From Nitrosopumilus sp. (GTDB taxonomy: Archaea > Thermoproteota > Nitrososphaeria > Nitrososphaerales > Nitrosopumilaceae), in NCBI GenBank assembly GCA_963662625.1, contig OY759726.1:1696001-1760000 (forward strand): a stretch of DNA of 64,000 nt, written 5' to 3'. Below the pieces are notes generated by a model. That model saw only the letters and a program-made list of their open reading frames with translations, was not told where the DNA came from and made no database searches. Every line of letters begins with the position of its first letter. Positions within the stretch are counted from its first letter, which is position 1. Shown here piece by piece: positions 39,786 through 50,104 of the stretch. Both the position numbers and the translations under genes were made by a program.

Positions 39786-40886
39786 TTAAGGCGAGCTTGT
39801 GGACGCATAGATCAAAGAGTACCCACCGGGCCCTACGGAGTTTACCGCTATCACTCCGAACAGGTATTCCGAGCTTGAGTCCAGCCCCGGAACAGTCGCG
39901 TTTATGGCGCCGGCCGTAGCCACGCCGTCGTCGGCGATCGGGAACTCTATGATGGCGGGTCCGTGGTGGCGCTGGGTTATGCTGGCGGTCTTTGCGTATA
40001 GGATGGCGTAGCTGGTAACGGGGGAGCCGCCGTCGCTGGCGGGCGCGAACCACGCGAGCGTGACAGACGACGGCGTTGTGGCATAGTCGTACACCGCCAG
40101 CCCTTGCGGGGCCGTCGGGACGCCGACAGTCACGGAGGCGGTGTCCGAGTACGGGCCGGTCCCCGCGGAGTTTGCCGCCGCCACGCGGAAAACATACCCG
40201 GTGCCCGCGGACAGCCCCGTGACCGTCGCCGAGGTGTCCGGCGACTCCCCGTCGCCAAAGGCGGCCCACTGGCCGCCCGGCACCTCCCTGTACTGGACGG
40301 CGTAGTCGGTGATCGGAAGGCCGCCGTCGCTGGCGGGCGCACGCCACGCGAGCGTGGCAGACGACTGCGTCGTCGTATTGGAACGCACCTCCCACGGGAC
40401 TGATGGGACGGCGGGCAGAGTGGTCGCAGAAACGATGTTGGAATACGTGCCCGTCCCAAAAGGGTTTGCCGAGGCCACCCTGAACTGGTATTCGGTGGAA
40501 GCGTGCAGGCCGAGGGCAATTCCTGCGGGATGCCCAGGCGAGCTGGGAAACGCGCGCCACGCGCCATCCGGCATTTCCCTGTACTGGACTACGTAGCCGG
40601 TGATCGGCGAGCCGCCGTGGTCTGCGGGCACAACCCACCTAAGCGTGGCATAGGACGACGCGTTTGCGTTGACAGACACGAGTGTCGGGGCGGGCTGGAC
40701 GCCGGAAGAACTCTGCGGGGCGGCCGCGCCCGTCTCAGCGCTTGCCGGGCCACCCGCGCCACCGGCCGTTCCCTCCGGAGCCGGCGGGTTTTCTGCCAAC
40801 GCTGGAATCGCCGCCACGCTTGCAGACAGCGCGATCAGTAGCCCGAGGACCGGTTTTGCAACCACGGGGCATGTAGGGCACGTCAT
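39786..40886 (-). CDS. Secreted protein with three fibronectin type III domains
   Basis: LxWxxPxxxGGSPITxY...YxFRVxxxNxxGxGxYS x3 after a signal peptide and a Pro/Ala/Gly linker. Confidence 0.88.
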   Translation of the reverse strand: MTCPTCPVVAKPVLGLLIALSASVAAIPALAENPPAPEGTAGGAGGPASAETGAAAPQSSSGVQPAPTLVSVNANASSYATLRWVVPADHGGSPITGYVVQYREMPDGAWRAFPSSPGHPAGIALGLHASTEYQFRVASANPFGTGTYSNIVSATTLPAVPSVPWEVRSNTTTQSSATLAWRAPASDGGLPITDYAVQYREVPGGQWAAFGDGESPDTSATVTGLSAGTGYVFRVAAANSAGTGPYSDTASVTVGVPTAPQGLAVYDYATTPSSVTLAWFAPASDGGSPVTSYAILYAKTASITQRHHGPAIIEFPIADDGVATAGAINATVPGLDSSSEYLFGVIAVNSVGPGGYSLIYASTSSP

Positions 40887-41064
40887 GCTATTAAGCCTCG
40901 TTTTGCGGCCGCCGCCACGCGGGGAAGGGGCCCGCCCCGGCCCGAATGGGCCGACCCCCGGCGCGGTTACTTCCGGAGGCGGGCCCGCCGCGGCCGTCCC
41001 CGGCAGGACTGGAACCGGGGCACGGCAGGCAAGGTTAATTTGGGCCAGGCATTCCAGTCCCGGA

Positions 41065-41496
41065 ATGATGTTTGAGATCGAGTTTTCCGGCCACGAGAAC
41101 GTCCGGTCGAACCACCAGAGGACGATCGAGATCACGAAGGACCCGGACCTGACCCCGAGCGGGGACTGCATCGTGGGAGTCAACGCATCATCCGCATGCT
41201 CCGACCTGCCGGACCGGCTAAAGGAGATGCTGAGGAGCCCCGACTCGGCGGTATCGCTCACGTTCAGGGTGGGGCGGCACGAGTTTGTCGTGAACGGGAG
41301 GGGGCACGCGGACCTGCCCCTGTCCCACGAGGACGACATCGTGATCCGCAAGAGCGGCTTTGTCTGCCCCCGCACGCTCGCGGTACGGTGCGACAAGGCA
41401 TCGGACGTCCTTCCGCGGGAGATGGTCCGCCTGCTGCAGGATCCCGGCACGAGGGGGACCTTGGTAATCCGGGCCGGCTGCCAGCCTGCCGCGTGA
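41065..41496 (+). CDS. DUF371 protein
   Basis: GHENVRSNHQRTIEITKD...GDCIVGV. Confidence 0.9.
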   Translation: MMFEIEFSGHENVRSNHQRTIEITKDPDLTPSGDCIVGVNASSACSDLPDRLKEMLRSPDSAVSLTFRVGRHEFVVNGRGHADLPLSHEDDIVIRKSGFVCPRTLAVRCDKASDVLPREMVRLLQDPGTRGTLVIRAGCQPAA

Positions 41497-41604
41497 CCCC
41501 GCCCGAATCCGCCTTCGCGGGGTCGCTTCTCGTGCCTGAAAACCGAGCCATGCGGCAGGCTGCCGACTGTGACAATTTTATATGCAAAAGCGGCCAGCAG
41601 ACCC

Positions 41605-41724
41605 GTGGGCCTCAAGACCAAGATCTTCGTCGTGATTCCGCTGGCGGTGTTCGCGGCGGTGATCTTCGGGTTCGGCCTGTACAACACGCTGTGCAAGAAC
41701 TCCAACGTCCAGCTCGGGTGCTGA
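41605..41724 (+). CDS. 39-aa single-TM micropeptide
   Basis: MGLKTKIFVVIPLAVFAAVIFGFGLYNTLCKNSNVQLGC; TATA-like TTTTATAT about 25 nt upstream. Confidence 0.62.
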   Translation: MGLKTKIFVVIPLAVFAAVIFGFGLYNTLCKNSNVQLGC

Positions 41725-41803
41725 GCCGGCCCCTGGCGCCCCCGTGCCCCGGATCGCGGCCCCGCGCACAAGGTCTATTAGTTCAGGCGGGATGCCGGGT
41801 TAC

Positions 41804-44800
41804 ATGGAACCGGATCCTGCCCAAAGGCGGGCGATCGACCACGAGGGCTCGCCGCTCCTGGTGGTGGCGGGCCCCGGAAGCGGCAAGACCAGGGTGATCG
41901 TCGAGAGGGCGGCATCCATGATAGGCGGCGGGGCAAAGCCGTCCGAGATCCTGTGCCTGACGTTCTCCGACAGGGCCGCAAGGGAGATGGCCGAACGCCT
42001 GAGGGACAAGGGGATCGAGGCATCCGAGATGGACATATGCACCTTCCACGCATTCTGCAGGCAGGTGCTGGAGGACAACGTGCTGGAATCCGGGATCGAC
42101 GCGTCGTCGGGGATCGTGGGCAGGGCCGAGCAGGTCGTCTGGGGGATCAACAACATCGACGGCTGCGGGCTGGAGCACGTGAAGATCGGCCAAGACCCGG
42201 CCCGCGCGGTCGAGTCGATAATGGAGGGCATCGGCGGGTTCAAAAAGGAGCTGATCGGCCCGGACAGGCTTGAAGCGTACCTGGGGGAGGACGAGTGCAG
42301 GGACGCGCCCGGGGACGAAAGGGACGGCCTGGACGCCCTGGCGGACCTCTGCAGGGTTTACCGCAGGTACCAGCAGTACCAGCGGAAGCACTCCCTGATT
42401 GACTTTGACGACATGGTGGCAGAGTCGATCCGCCTGCTGGCATCAAACGGCGCGCTGCGGAAGCGGTACCAGGGCAGGTACAGGCACGTCTTCGTCGACG
42501 AGTTCCAGGACAACAACTACTCCCAGATAATGCTGGTCAAGGCGATAGCCAGGGACGGGAACGTCACGGCCGTGGGGGACGACGACCAGGGCATCTACCA
42601 TTTCCAGGGGGCGCGCCACACCAACTTCCGGGACTTTGAGGATCATTTCAAAGGCACCACCACGGTAAAACTCGAGCGGAACTACAGGAGCACCAAAAAC
42701 ATCGTAAGGCTCGCAAACTCGTGCATCGGGAAGCAGGAGGGCAGGCCGGAGAAGAGACTCTACTCGGAGAACGAGGACGGCGAGAAGGCCATGGTGGCAA
42801 AGTGCGCCGACGAGCATGCCGAGGCGGAGTTCGTCGCTGGCACGATCAGGGAGATGGCGGGGGAGCCGGCAGGCGGGAAGGGCGGCGGCAGGCCGCTTGC
42901 CTGGGGCGACTTTGCCGTGCTGACGCGGCGCAGGGAAGACGGGAAAAAGTTCGCCGACGCCCTCGCCGGCGCCGGGATCCCGGCGGAGTTCACCGGCGAG
43001 CCGGGCGCCCCCCAGTCCCCGATCATGCGAGACCTGCTGGCCAACCTGAGGATAGCGCAGTCCCCGTCCACCGCGGGGGCGGAGATCGTCAGGCTGCTCA
43101 AAAACCAGGGGGTGCCGGACGCCGACATCGCCAGGATATGCCACGCCGCCAGGGGAAGGGCCCGCCGCGAGCAGTCCGGCGTCGACTTTGTGCTCGAAAC
43201 GCTGCGGGGGGCGCCGGGGCTGGGAGTCGCCCACGGGGAGGACGTGGCGGAGGTAGCGCGCCACGTCGGGAGGCTCGAGGGCGCCGCAAACGCGCACGGC
43301 CTGGGCGAGTTCGTCCACGAGGTGGTCATGTCGATCTCCGGGCTGGCCCGGAGGGCGGCCGCCGACGATTCCAGAAGTGGCAGGCGGCAACTGGGCACCC
43401 TCAGGGCCGCATGCGACGCGGCGATGGAGTACGAGAGGGTAAGCCCAGGCGCGACGCCCGGGGACTTTGCCAGGTACCTGGAGGCGCGGCGGTTTGAGGC
43501 GGACGCCGCGCCGGAGGGGGGCGCGGCGGGGGCCGTGCTGGTGACGACCATCCACCAGAGCAAGGGAAAGGAGTTCCCGGTAGTGTTCGTGGCCGACGTC
43601 GCCGCGAACAGGCTCCCGCTGAGGCACAGGGAGAAGAAATTCCGCGTCCCGGACGGCCTGTCCCGTCTCGCGCGGGAAGACGCGGACCCGAGGGAGATCC
43701 ACGTACGTGAGGAGCGGAGGCTGCTGTACGTCGCCATGACCAGGGCGCGGGACCGGCTGTTCATCACGTACTGCGCGAGGTACGGGCAGGGCGCCAGGGA
43801 GGCGGCGCCGTCGAGGTTCCTGCAGGAGCTTGGGTTCGAGGACAACCCGCTGATCAGCTGCACGTCCTTTGGCGGGACCGGCCCGGCGGCCGTGCCGAGG
43901 AAGCCGGGCGCCGTCGAGGCGGTCAAGCTGGAAAGGCAGGAGCAGGCCAGGCAGGCGGTGGACAGGATGCAGCTGCGGTCGGCCGTGAGGAAGATACGGG
44001 ATCTGGCGGAGATCCTCCACTACGAGGAGCGCGGGAGCCTCGACGGCTTTGACCCGCGGGAGATCCTCGCGGCCGGGGCCGGCGAGCCCGGCATCGGGCA
44101 CCTCCTGAGGGGTGAGAGGGAGCCCCTGATCGACCGGGAGTCGCTCACGCTCAGCAAGTCCAGCCTCGAGTCGTACGAGAGGTGCCCGCTGCAGTTCAAG
44201 TTCAGGTACGCCCTGCGGGTCCCCGTGCTCCCGGGCCCCGCCGCGGCCGCCGGCACGGCGGTGCACAGGGTGATCGAGGCCGTGACGAGGTACCGGATGG
44301 CCGGGAGGGACGTGACGGATGACGAGGCGCTGGCCATGCTGGAGAAGAAGTGGGGCGGCCTGGCGTCCGGCACCCGGGCCGTGCCAAGGCAGAAGAGGAA
44401 GGATGCTGGATCGTGGCTGCGGACGTTCCTTGCCTGGGACGGGGCCAACCGGAACGTCCCCGTAGCCGCAGAGAAGGAGTTCAGGCTGGAGATTGCCGGC
44501 GTGGCGGTAAAGGGGTACATAGACAGGGTGGAGCGGACGCCCGACGGCGGGTACGTCGTGATCGACTACAAGACGGGCCACGACGGGGTCACCGGCAGGA
44601 CCATCAAGGACGACATCCAGATGAACGTCTACGCGATGGCCGCCGAGAGGCTGTACGGGAGGCTGCCGGAGAAGGCCGTCCTGTTCTACCTGGCAAAGGA
44701 CAAGCGCGTCGAGTACGAGGTTTCTCCCGCCGGCGTGAGGGAGGCCAGGGAATCGATCGAGGCCATGGTGGGATCCATCCTGGGCGAGAGGTTCCCCGCC

Positions 44801-44869
44801 GAGCCCTCGTACAAAAACTGCAAGTATTGCGACTTTACGGGCATCTGCGACGCGAGCAAGGCGGCCTGA
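41804..44869 (+). CDS. UvrD/AdnAB-like SF1 helicase fused to a PD-(D/E)XK nuclease with FeS Cys
   Basis: AGPGSGKT, DEFQD, NYRS, TIHQSKGKE, YVAMTRA; CP...GYIDRVE...IDYKTG...CKYCDFTGIC. Confidence 0.92.
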   Translation: MEPDPAQRRAIDHEGSPLLVVAGPGSGKTRVIVERAASMIGGGAKPSEILCLTFSDRAAREMAERLRDKGIEASEMDICTFHAFCRQVLEDNVLESGIDASSGIVGRAEQVVWGINNIDGCGLEHVKIGQDPARAVESIMEGIGGFKKELIGPDRLEAYLGEDECRDAPGDERDGLDALADLCRVYRRYQQYQRKHSLIDFDDMVAESIRLLASNGALRKRYQGRYRHVFVDEFQDNNYSQIMLVKAIARDGNVTAVGDDDQGIYHFQGARHTNFRDFEDHFKGTTTVKLERNYRSTKNIVRLANSCIGKQEGRPEKRLYSENEDGEKAMVAKCADEHAEAEFVAGTIREMAGEPAGGKGGGRPLAWGDFAVLTRRREDGKKFADALAGAGIPAEFTGEPGAPQSPIMRDLLANLRIAQSPSTAGAEIVRLLKNQGVPDADIARICHAARGRARREQSGVDFVLETLRGAPGLGVAHGEDVAEVARHVGRLEGAANAHGLGEFVHEVVMSISGLARRAAADDSRSGRRQLGTLRAACDAAMEYERVSPGATPGDFARYLEARRFEADAAPEGGAAGAVLVTTIHQSKGKEFPVVFVADVAANRLPLRHREKKFRVPDGLSRLAREDADPREIHVREERRLLYVAMTRARDRLFITYCARYGQGAREAAPSRFLQELGFEDNPLISCTSFGGTGPAAVPRKPGAVEAVKLERQEQARQAVDRMQLRSAVRKIRDLAEILHYEERGSLDGFDPREILAAGAGEPGIGHLLRGEREPLIDRESLTLSKSSLESYERCPLQFKFRYALRVPVLPGPAAAAGTAVHRVIEAVTRYRMAGRDVTDDEALAMLEKKWGGLASGTRAVPRQKRKDAGSWLRTFLAWDGANRNVPVAAEKEFRLEIAGVAVKGYIDRVERTPDGGYVVIDYKTGHDGVTGRTIKDDIQMNVYAMAAERLYGRLPEKAVLFYLAKDKRVEYEVSPAGVREARESIEAMVGSILGERFPAEPSYKNCKYCDFTGICDASKAA

Positions 44870-44914
44870 CTGCGGCCGCCATGTGGGGCCGTGGCGCGCC
44901 CGCCGGGCCCGCAG

Positions 44915-45832
44915 TCAGGAACCGCCGCCCGGCGCGGCCGCGGCCTGGAAATGCCCCAGGGCGTCCCCGACGTCGGCCACCTCCAGCACCTCCATTCCGT
45001 ACGCCTCCTCGGTCATGGGGGATAGGGGCTTCTGCTCCAGGGCGCACGACCTGTAGACGAAGTTCCCCGCCCTGCTCTCCTCGCACGACTCCACCTGGGC
45101 CACGTTCTGGCCCGAGGGCACGAGGAACACGCTGGCGCCGTGCGCCCCCGCGGCCCTCGCCTTGTCGGATATCCCGCCGACCGCCCCTATCCTCGCGTCG
45201 GGCAGGATCGAGCCGGTGATCACCATGTCGCCGCTGATCCCCCTGCCCTGGAGCTCCGATATCAGCAGCACCGCCATCGCGGCGCCCGCGCTGCGCCCGT
45301 CGACGGTCTGCAGCCGCGTCTTGTCGGCGTCGACGGTGATCGAGAACACGACGTCCCGGCCCGACAGGTCCTCGCCGAGGTAGTCCTGGGCCACCTTGGC
45401 TGCCACCCTCGCGGACTCCTGAAAGTCGATGCCCGTGGGGACCTCGGTGTTGACCAGGACGAGGCCCTCGCCGGGATCCCTGACGGATACCAGGATCTTC
45501 ATGACCGTGCCCTCGTACTGCGTCCTCTCGAAAAACCCGTCACGCACGACCAGCGGCCTTACCCCCACCGAGTTTATCGACTGGCCCCCGTCGGGCGGCC
45601 CCCCGTACCCGGCGCCGGGCCCCGCCCCGGGTTCCCCGCCACCCGGGCCGCCGGCCTGCCCCCGCGGCCCGTCCGCGGCGCCGGCGAGCTCGCCGGCAAG
45701 CCTCTCGTTGTCCCTCGCGGCCCGGTCAAGCGCCGCGACCAGGTACCCGTTCTGCTGGTACAGCAGGAAGTTCACGATCAGAGACGCGCCCAGAACCGCC
45801 ACGAGGGCCAGGGCCAACAGTGCCGCCTTCAT
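44915..45832 (-). CDS. Membrane-anchored S16 (Lon-type) protease domain protein
   Basis: DGRSAG (Ser), ITGSI, VGGISDK (Lys); no ATPase domain. Confidence 0.88.
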   Translation of the reverse strand: MKAALLALALVAVLGASLIVNFLLYQQNGYLVAALDRAARDNERLAGELAGAADGPRGQAGGPGGGEPGAGPGAGYGGPPDGGQSINSVGVRPLVVRDGFFERTQYEGTVMKILVSVRDPGEGLVLVNTEVPTGIDFQESARVAAKVAQDYLGEDLSGRDVVFSITVDADKTRLQTVDGRSAGAAMAVLLISELQGRGISGDMVITGSILPDARIGAVGGISDKARAAGAHGASVFLVPSGQNVAQVESCEESRAGNFVYRSCALEQKPLSPMTEEAYGMEVLEVADVGDALGHFQAAAAPGGGS

Positions 45833-45989
45833 CTTTGCCTAGACCCCACGCGCCCGCTTTTTAATATAACCGTTAAACGCCAGTTAAGCGAATAGGCCAG
45901 ATGGCCAACCCCCGCGATTCCAAACGGATCGGCGGGGGACGGGCCACGACAAGATTTGAATTGCCCAGAAACAAAACCCGCCGGGGCCG

Positions 45990-46736
45990 TCACTTGCGGA
46001 GGGCGCGGACGTAGTAGACGGAGTGGCCGGACTCCGTTTTCTCCTCCCGCACCTCGAAATAGTCCTCTGCCGTCATCAGCAGCTGGACGAGGTTCTTGCT
46101 GCGGTACATGCGCACGTCAAACGACGGGCTTATCTTCCTTATGTTGTGGCCCACCACCCCGAGGTGCACCCACCTGTCCGTCCCCGACTCCGTCGCGTCC
46201 ACCGCGTCGATCGCCTTTAGCACGACCTTCCTCCACTTTGGAAGCTTGGCCTTGGGGCCGGGGGTTTTTTTCGGGGGGCCGGACAGTATGTCCACGAACG
46301 TGAACACCTCGCACGCGTGCTGCAGCGTCTGGGGCGTGCTGGTCCTGCCGATCCCCATCACGAACAGCCCGGCCTCCCTGACGCGCTTGGCCAGGCCGGT
46401 AAAGTCGCTGTCCGACGACACTATGCAGAACCCGTCCACCGTGCCGGAGTGCAGGATGTCCATCGCCTCTATGATCAGGAATATGTCGATCGAGTTCTTG
46501 CGGGTGGCGTGCTTCAGCTGGTGGCGCGTGTCAAAGGCGTACTTGTTTGCCCTGTCGCGCCACCCGGCCATGCCGGGGCTCGCCCAGTCGCCGTAGATGC
46601 GCCGTATGGTCACCACCCCGTACTTGGACGCCTCCCGCAGCATGCTCCCAAGCAGCTTGGGCTGGGCGTTCTCGCCGTCTATCAGCATGGCCAGCCTGCG
46701 GTCGTGTTCCATCTCTGCAGCCATCTGGTATGGCAT
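45990..46736 (-). CDS. NYN-domain protein with OST-HTH/LOTUS C-terminus
   Basis: IDGEN, KNSID, SSDSDF, FDVRMY. Confidence 0.9.
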   Translation of the reverse strand: MPYQMAAEMEHDRRLAMLIDGENAQPKLLGSMLREASKYGVVTIRRIYGDWASPGMAGWRDRANKYAFDTRHQLKHATRKNSIDIFLIIEAMDILHSGTVDGFCIVSSDSDFTGLAKRVREAGLFVMGIGRTSTPQTLQHACEVFTFVDILSGPPKKTPGPKAKLPKWRKVVLKAIDAVDATESGTDRWVHLGVVGHNIRKISPSFDVRMYRSKNLVQLLMTAEDYFEVREEKTESGHSVYYVRALRK

Positions 46737-47117
46737 GGCCCCGTAATCCTATTATTAGTTGTGGCGGGCCGTCCCCCTCGCCACGGCCGGGGCCCGAAAG
46801 GCTGGACGCCCCCGCGGGCACGGTCGCGGGACGATCCGGGCCCGAGATCCCAGCGGCGAGGGCGATGGTGAGAACGGCTTCTGATCATCATTGTGGTGAC
46901 GGTTGTCAGATCTGACCCCCCGGGCGCCCCCGGAACCATTGCAGTGTCCAAGTCGGGGCGGCCGTCCCTTGGGACGGGTTTGGGTGGCGGGGGCCATGGC
47001 GGGAGCGAGGGCGGGTTGGGGGGCCGGACGGGGCGCAGAAAAGCAGGCAGCGGGTAAAAACCCGTCCAGCGAGATCCTATTAAGCAACCGGGCCGCACCT
47101 GCCTCGTGGAAAGGCCA

Positions 47118-47444
47118 GTGGTGGAGCTGCCGGTGTCGAGGGAGCCCAGCCCGGGGGAGCTCGCGGCCCTCAGGGGGTACTTTGGGGAGATGCCCGTCGA
47201 GGAGATCCTGGCGGGCCTCAAGTTTGCCAGGAACCGCTGGTCCGCAAAGGACGCCGGCGTCCTGAAGGTCGGGAGGAAGAGCATAATCCAGAAGGAGATC
47301 CACGCGGTCACCGCGGAGCAGGCCAGGTGGCGCATCAAGAACTGGAAGGTGATGATCGCGAACTACCGGCGCAGGGGGTACAGCTACCCCACAATATCGC
47401 GGATCAAGAAGATCCTGGTAAAAAAGAGCAGGGGCGCCGGGTAG
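47118..47444 (+). CDS. Hypothetical protein
   Basis: Basic ORF with host-like codon usage; TATA-like ctattaag at ~47078; start uncertain. Confidence 0.7.
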   Translation: MVELPVSREPSPGELAALRGYFGEMPVEEILAGLKFARNRWSAKDAGVLKVGRKSIIQKEIHAVTAEQARWRIKNWKVMIANYRRRGYSYPTISRIKKILVKKSRGAG

Positions 47445-48119
47445 CTACCCGGCGATCCCAGATTGCCGCCCCACGATCGTCTGCCGCTTGAGGTTGTCAG
47501 GGATGTCCGGTATAGACTCCTGCGCCTGCCCCGCGATTATGGAGTGGGCCTCCTCCAGGATCGCAAGCGTGTCCGCACTAGCCTCGGAATCCACGTTCAT
47601 CATGTCGTTGCTCCCGAGGGCCGAGCCCTCCATGAGGTCCCCCATTACGTGCGAGAGGTCCTGCATGGACGCGTTTGCCTCAGGCATTATCCCGCTGAGG
47701 GTCGGTCCCAGCCCCCTGATTATCGACATGCACGGGCTGAGCGTGACGACGACGTCTCCAAGCTCCGACACCGTGTTGAGCCGGAGCTGGATCTGCTCCA
47801 TGGAAAGCCTTGCGCCGTTCACCATGTTCTTCATCTTCCGTACCTGTGTCAGTTCGTTGGCGTACGCCTTGGCGTACGCGTTGTTGTGTGCCCTCTGGGC
47901 GCTCACTATCTTGTCGAAAAGGACATCGTGTTTTTTCTGCAGCTTCTCAGTGATCGTCTCGAGTTTTGATATCTGGAAGCGCAGTTTTTTCTGCGCAAAC
48001 TCGATCTTCGTCCGCAACGGAACGTCGGGCTTTATCTTCCCCATCACTTTCTGAGAGATGGTTTCCCCTTCTGCCTTGTTCCACGAATTTCCGATCAAGC
48101 GCTTCCCGGTTAGCCTCAT
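47445..48119 (-). CDS. Snf7/ESCRT-III CdvB paralog
   Basis: AYANEL...RLNTVSELGDVVVTLSP; coiled-coil composition. Confidence 0.9.
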   Translation of the reverse strand: MRLTGKRLIGNSWNKAEGETISQKVMGKIKPDVPLRTKIEFAQKKLRFQISKLETITEKLQKKHDVLFDKIVSAQRAHNNAYAKAYANELTQVRKMKNMVNGARLSMEQIQLRLNTVSELGDVVVTLSPCMSIIRGLGPTLSGIMPEANASMQDLSHVMGDLMEGSALGSNDMMNVDSEASADTLAILEEAHSIIAGQAQESIPDIPDNLKRQTIVGRQSGIAG

Positions 48120-48189
48120 CTACTTTGCTTTAAAGCGGGGTGTGACCCCCGCGGCGGTAACCCCGGTGACAGGGGGCCGCGGTTACACC

Positions 48190-49281
48190 CTACCCGAACG
48201 TGAACGTGAAGACCTGGAACCCCCTGCCCTCTATCCTCAGCTCCAGCGTGTGCTCCGACGGGGCCTGGCCGCTGACGACGTTGTACAGCCCGGGCCCCGC
48301 GGCCGACAGCCTGTTCCCGCCCGCGATGTCCGTCCCGGCGTACTCGGCGGGGAGCGGCGCGCCGTCCAGGAACACCTCCGCCTGGCCGCTGCCGGCCGTC
48401 ACCACGTTCACCTGCCTCGCGTGGTACCGCAGCTCCACGGAGCCGGCCCCGGACTCCAGCCGCATGCTGTCCGGGGTGTTGGCCCACTCCCCCACCATGT
48501 AGAACCTGTGCAGCTCCAGCGGGCCCGGCCTGCCGTACTCCACCGTCTCCCCAGGGGAGAAGCCCTCGCTGCTCCCCAGGTGGTTCCTCCCGGCGGCGAA
48601 CTTGTACCCCAGGTAGAGCTCCGGAGTCCGGGGGCCGGAGTGCTCGAACCCCTCGATGTCCACCGGCGGCCGCGCCGGCGCCGCCTGCACCCCCAGCGAC
48701 GCCGCCCTCTCCTCCAGCAGGCCCTGTATCACGGCCTCCGTCTCCCGGTACGCCCCCTCTCCTATGTGGTCGTACCTGATGTACCCCTCGTGGTCGGCGA
48801 CGTACTTCCTGGGCCAGTACCTGTTCTCGAAGGCGTTCCACGTCTCCCAGTCGTTGTCCATCACCACCGGGTAGGTGATCCCGTGCCTGTCTACCGCGGC
48901 CCGCACGTTCGCGGGATCCTTCTCGAACCCGAACTCCGGCGAGTGTATCCCGACTATGAGGAGGCCCTCGCCCGCGTACCTGTCGTTCCACGCGGTGATG
49001 AACGGGAGCGTCCTGACGCAGTTGACGCAGCTGTACGTCCAGATGTCGTAAAGCACCACGCTGCCCTCGATGGACTCGGCCAGCTCCCCCGGGGTGGCGT
49101 TGATGTAGTGCGCGATGCCCGTGATTTCGGGGGCCGTCCTGAGCCCCGACTTGTCGGAGGCGGTGCCAACGAGCCCCGTTCCCGGGCCGCCGCCCACTGA
49201 CGCCAGCACCACGGTGGCTATCCCCACCACGGCGAGGACCACCGCCCCCATGGCCAGCGCGGTCTTGAACTCGGACCTCAC
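48190..49281 (-). CDS. Thioredoxin-like redoxin (DipZ C-terminal type)
   Basis: WTYSCVNC, HSPEF, NRYWP, TPELY. Confidence 0.9.
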   Translation of the reverse strand: MRSEFKTALAMGAVVLAVVGIATVVLASVGGGPGTGLVGTASDKSGLRTAPEITGIAHYINATPGELAESIEGSVVLYDIWTYSCVNCVRTLPFITAWNDRYAGEGLLIVGIHSPEFGFEKDPANVRAAVDRHGITYPVVMDNDWETWNAFENRYWPRKYVADHEGYIRYDHIGEGAYRETEAVIQGLLEERAASLGVQAAPARPPVDIEGFEHSGPRTPELYLGYKFAAGRNHLGSSEGFSPGETVEYGRPGPLELHRFYMVGEWANTPDSMRLESGAGSVELRYHARQVNVVTAGSGQAEVFLDGAPLPAEYAGTDIAGGNRLSAAGPGLYNVVSGQAPSEHTLELRIEGRGFQVFTFTFG

Positions 49282-49285
49282 ACGA

Positions 49286-50020
49286 TCACCCCAGGGGCAG
49301 CAGCCCCCCCAGCAGCGGGAAGTTCGCCACGTATGCCAGCTGGTTGGTGTACACCAGGGCCCCCAGGGCGATTATGAAGGCGCCGAGCGCCGCGTTGTAG
49401 TATTTCAGGTGCCTGCTCATGGCCCTTATCACCCCGGCCGCCCGGGAGTAGAACGCGCCGATGAGTATGAAGGGGACGCCCAGCCCCAGGGAGTACACCA
49501 GGAGGAGGTTGAACGCGATCGACGGGGTGGTGGCGGCAAGCGTCAGTATGGTCCCCAGGACTGGCCCGACGCACGGGGTCCACCCCGCCGCGAACGCCAG
49601 GCCGAAGACGAACGACGTGGGGTACCCCGCGGCGGCCCTGCCCGGGAAGATCCTCCGCTCCATGTTCAGCCGGCCGATCCTCGAGGACAGCAGCAGGTAC
49701 GCCCCGAACCCGATTATTATCACCCCGCCTGCCCGGTTCATCAGGCCGATCACCTCGGCGGTGGAGCCGGAGAGGACGCCGTTTATCAGCACCCCCAGGA
49801 GGGAGAACACCACCGAGAAGCCCAGGACGAAGAACGCAGAGTTCAGTATTATGCGGGCCCTGTTTATGGCGACCGTCCCCGAGGCCCCACCTGCCCCAAG
49901 CTCGCTCAGCGTGGTGCCCGAGATGTACGCGAGGAACGCTGGGACCATCGGCAGTATGCACGGGGCCAGGAAGGATCCCAGCCCCGCGGCGGCCGCGACC
50001 GCAAACGTGATCTCCGCCAT
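49286..50020 (-). CDS. ccdA: CcdA/DsbD-beta disulfide transport protein
   Basis: APCILPMVP and WTPCVGP. Confidence 0.92.
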   Translation of the reverse strand: MAEITFAVAAAAGLGSFLAPCILPMVPAFLAYISGTTLSELGAGGASGTVAINRARIILNSAFFVLGFSVVFSLLGVLINGVLSGSTAEVIGLMNRAGGVIIIGFGAYLLLSSRIGRLNMERRIFPGRAAAGYPTSFVFGLAFAAGWTPCVGPVLGTILTLAATTPSIAFNLLLVYSLGLGVPFILIGAFYSRAAGVIRAMSRHLKYYNAALGAFIIALGALVYTNQLAYVANFPLLGGLLPLG

Positions 50021-50104
50021 GCGCTGGGTTGGCGGTTTTTGGCATTAAAGCGTTGCCGGAACGGGGGCCATTTCATTTTTATCCGGGCGGGCCAAACGCC
50101 CCCC

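Noticed and set aside
46740-47080. Intergenic region with a 12-bp palindrome GTCAGATCTGAC (~46905), partly echoed at ~26147, as a possible parS-like site
   Set aside because: Only one perfect copy and one weak partial match; compatible with chance.
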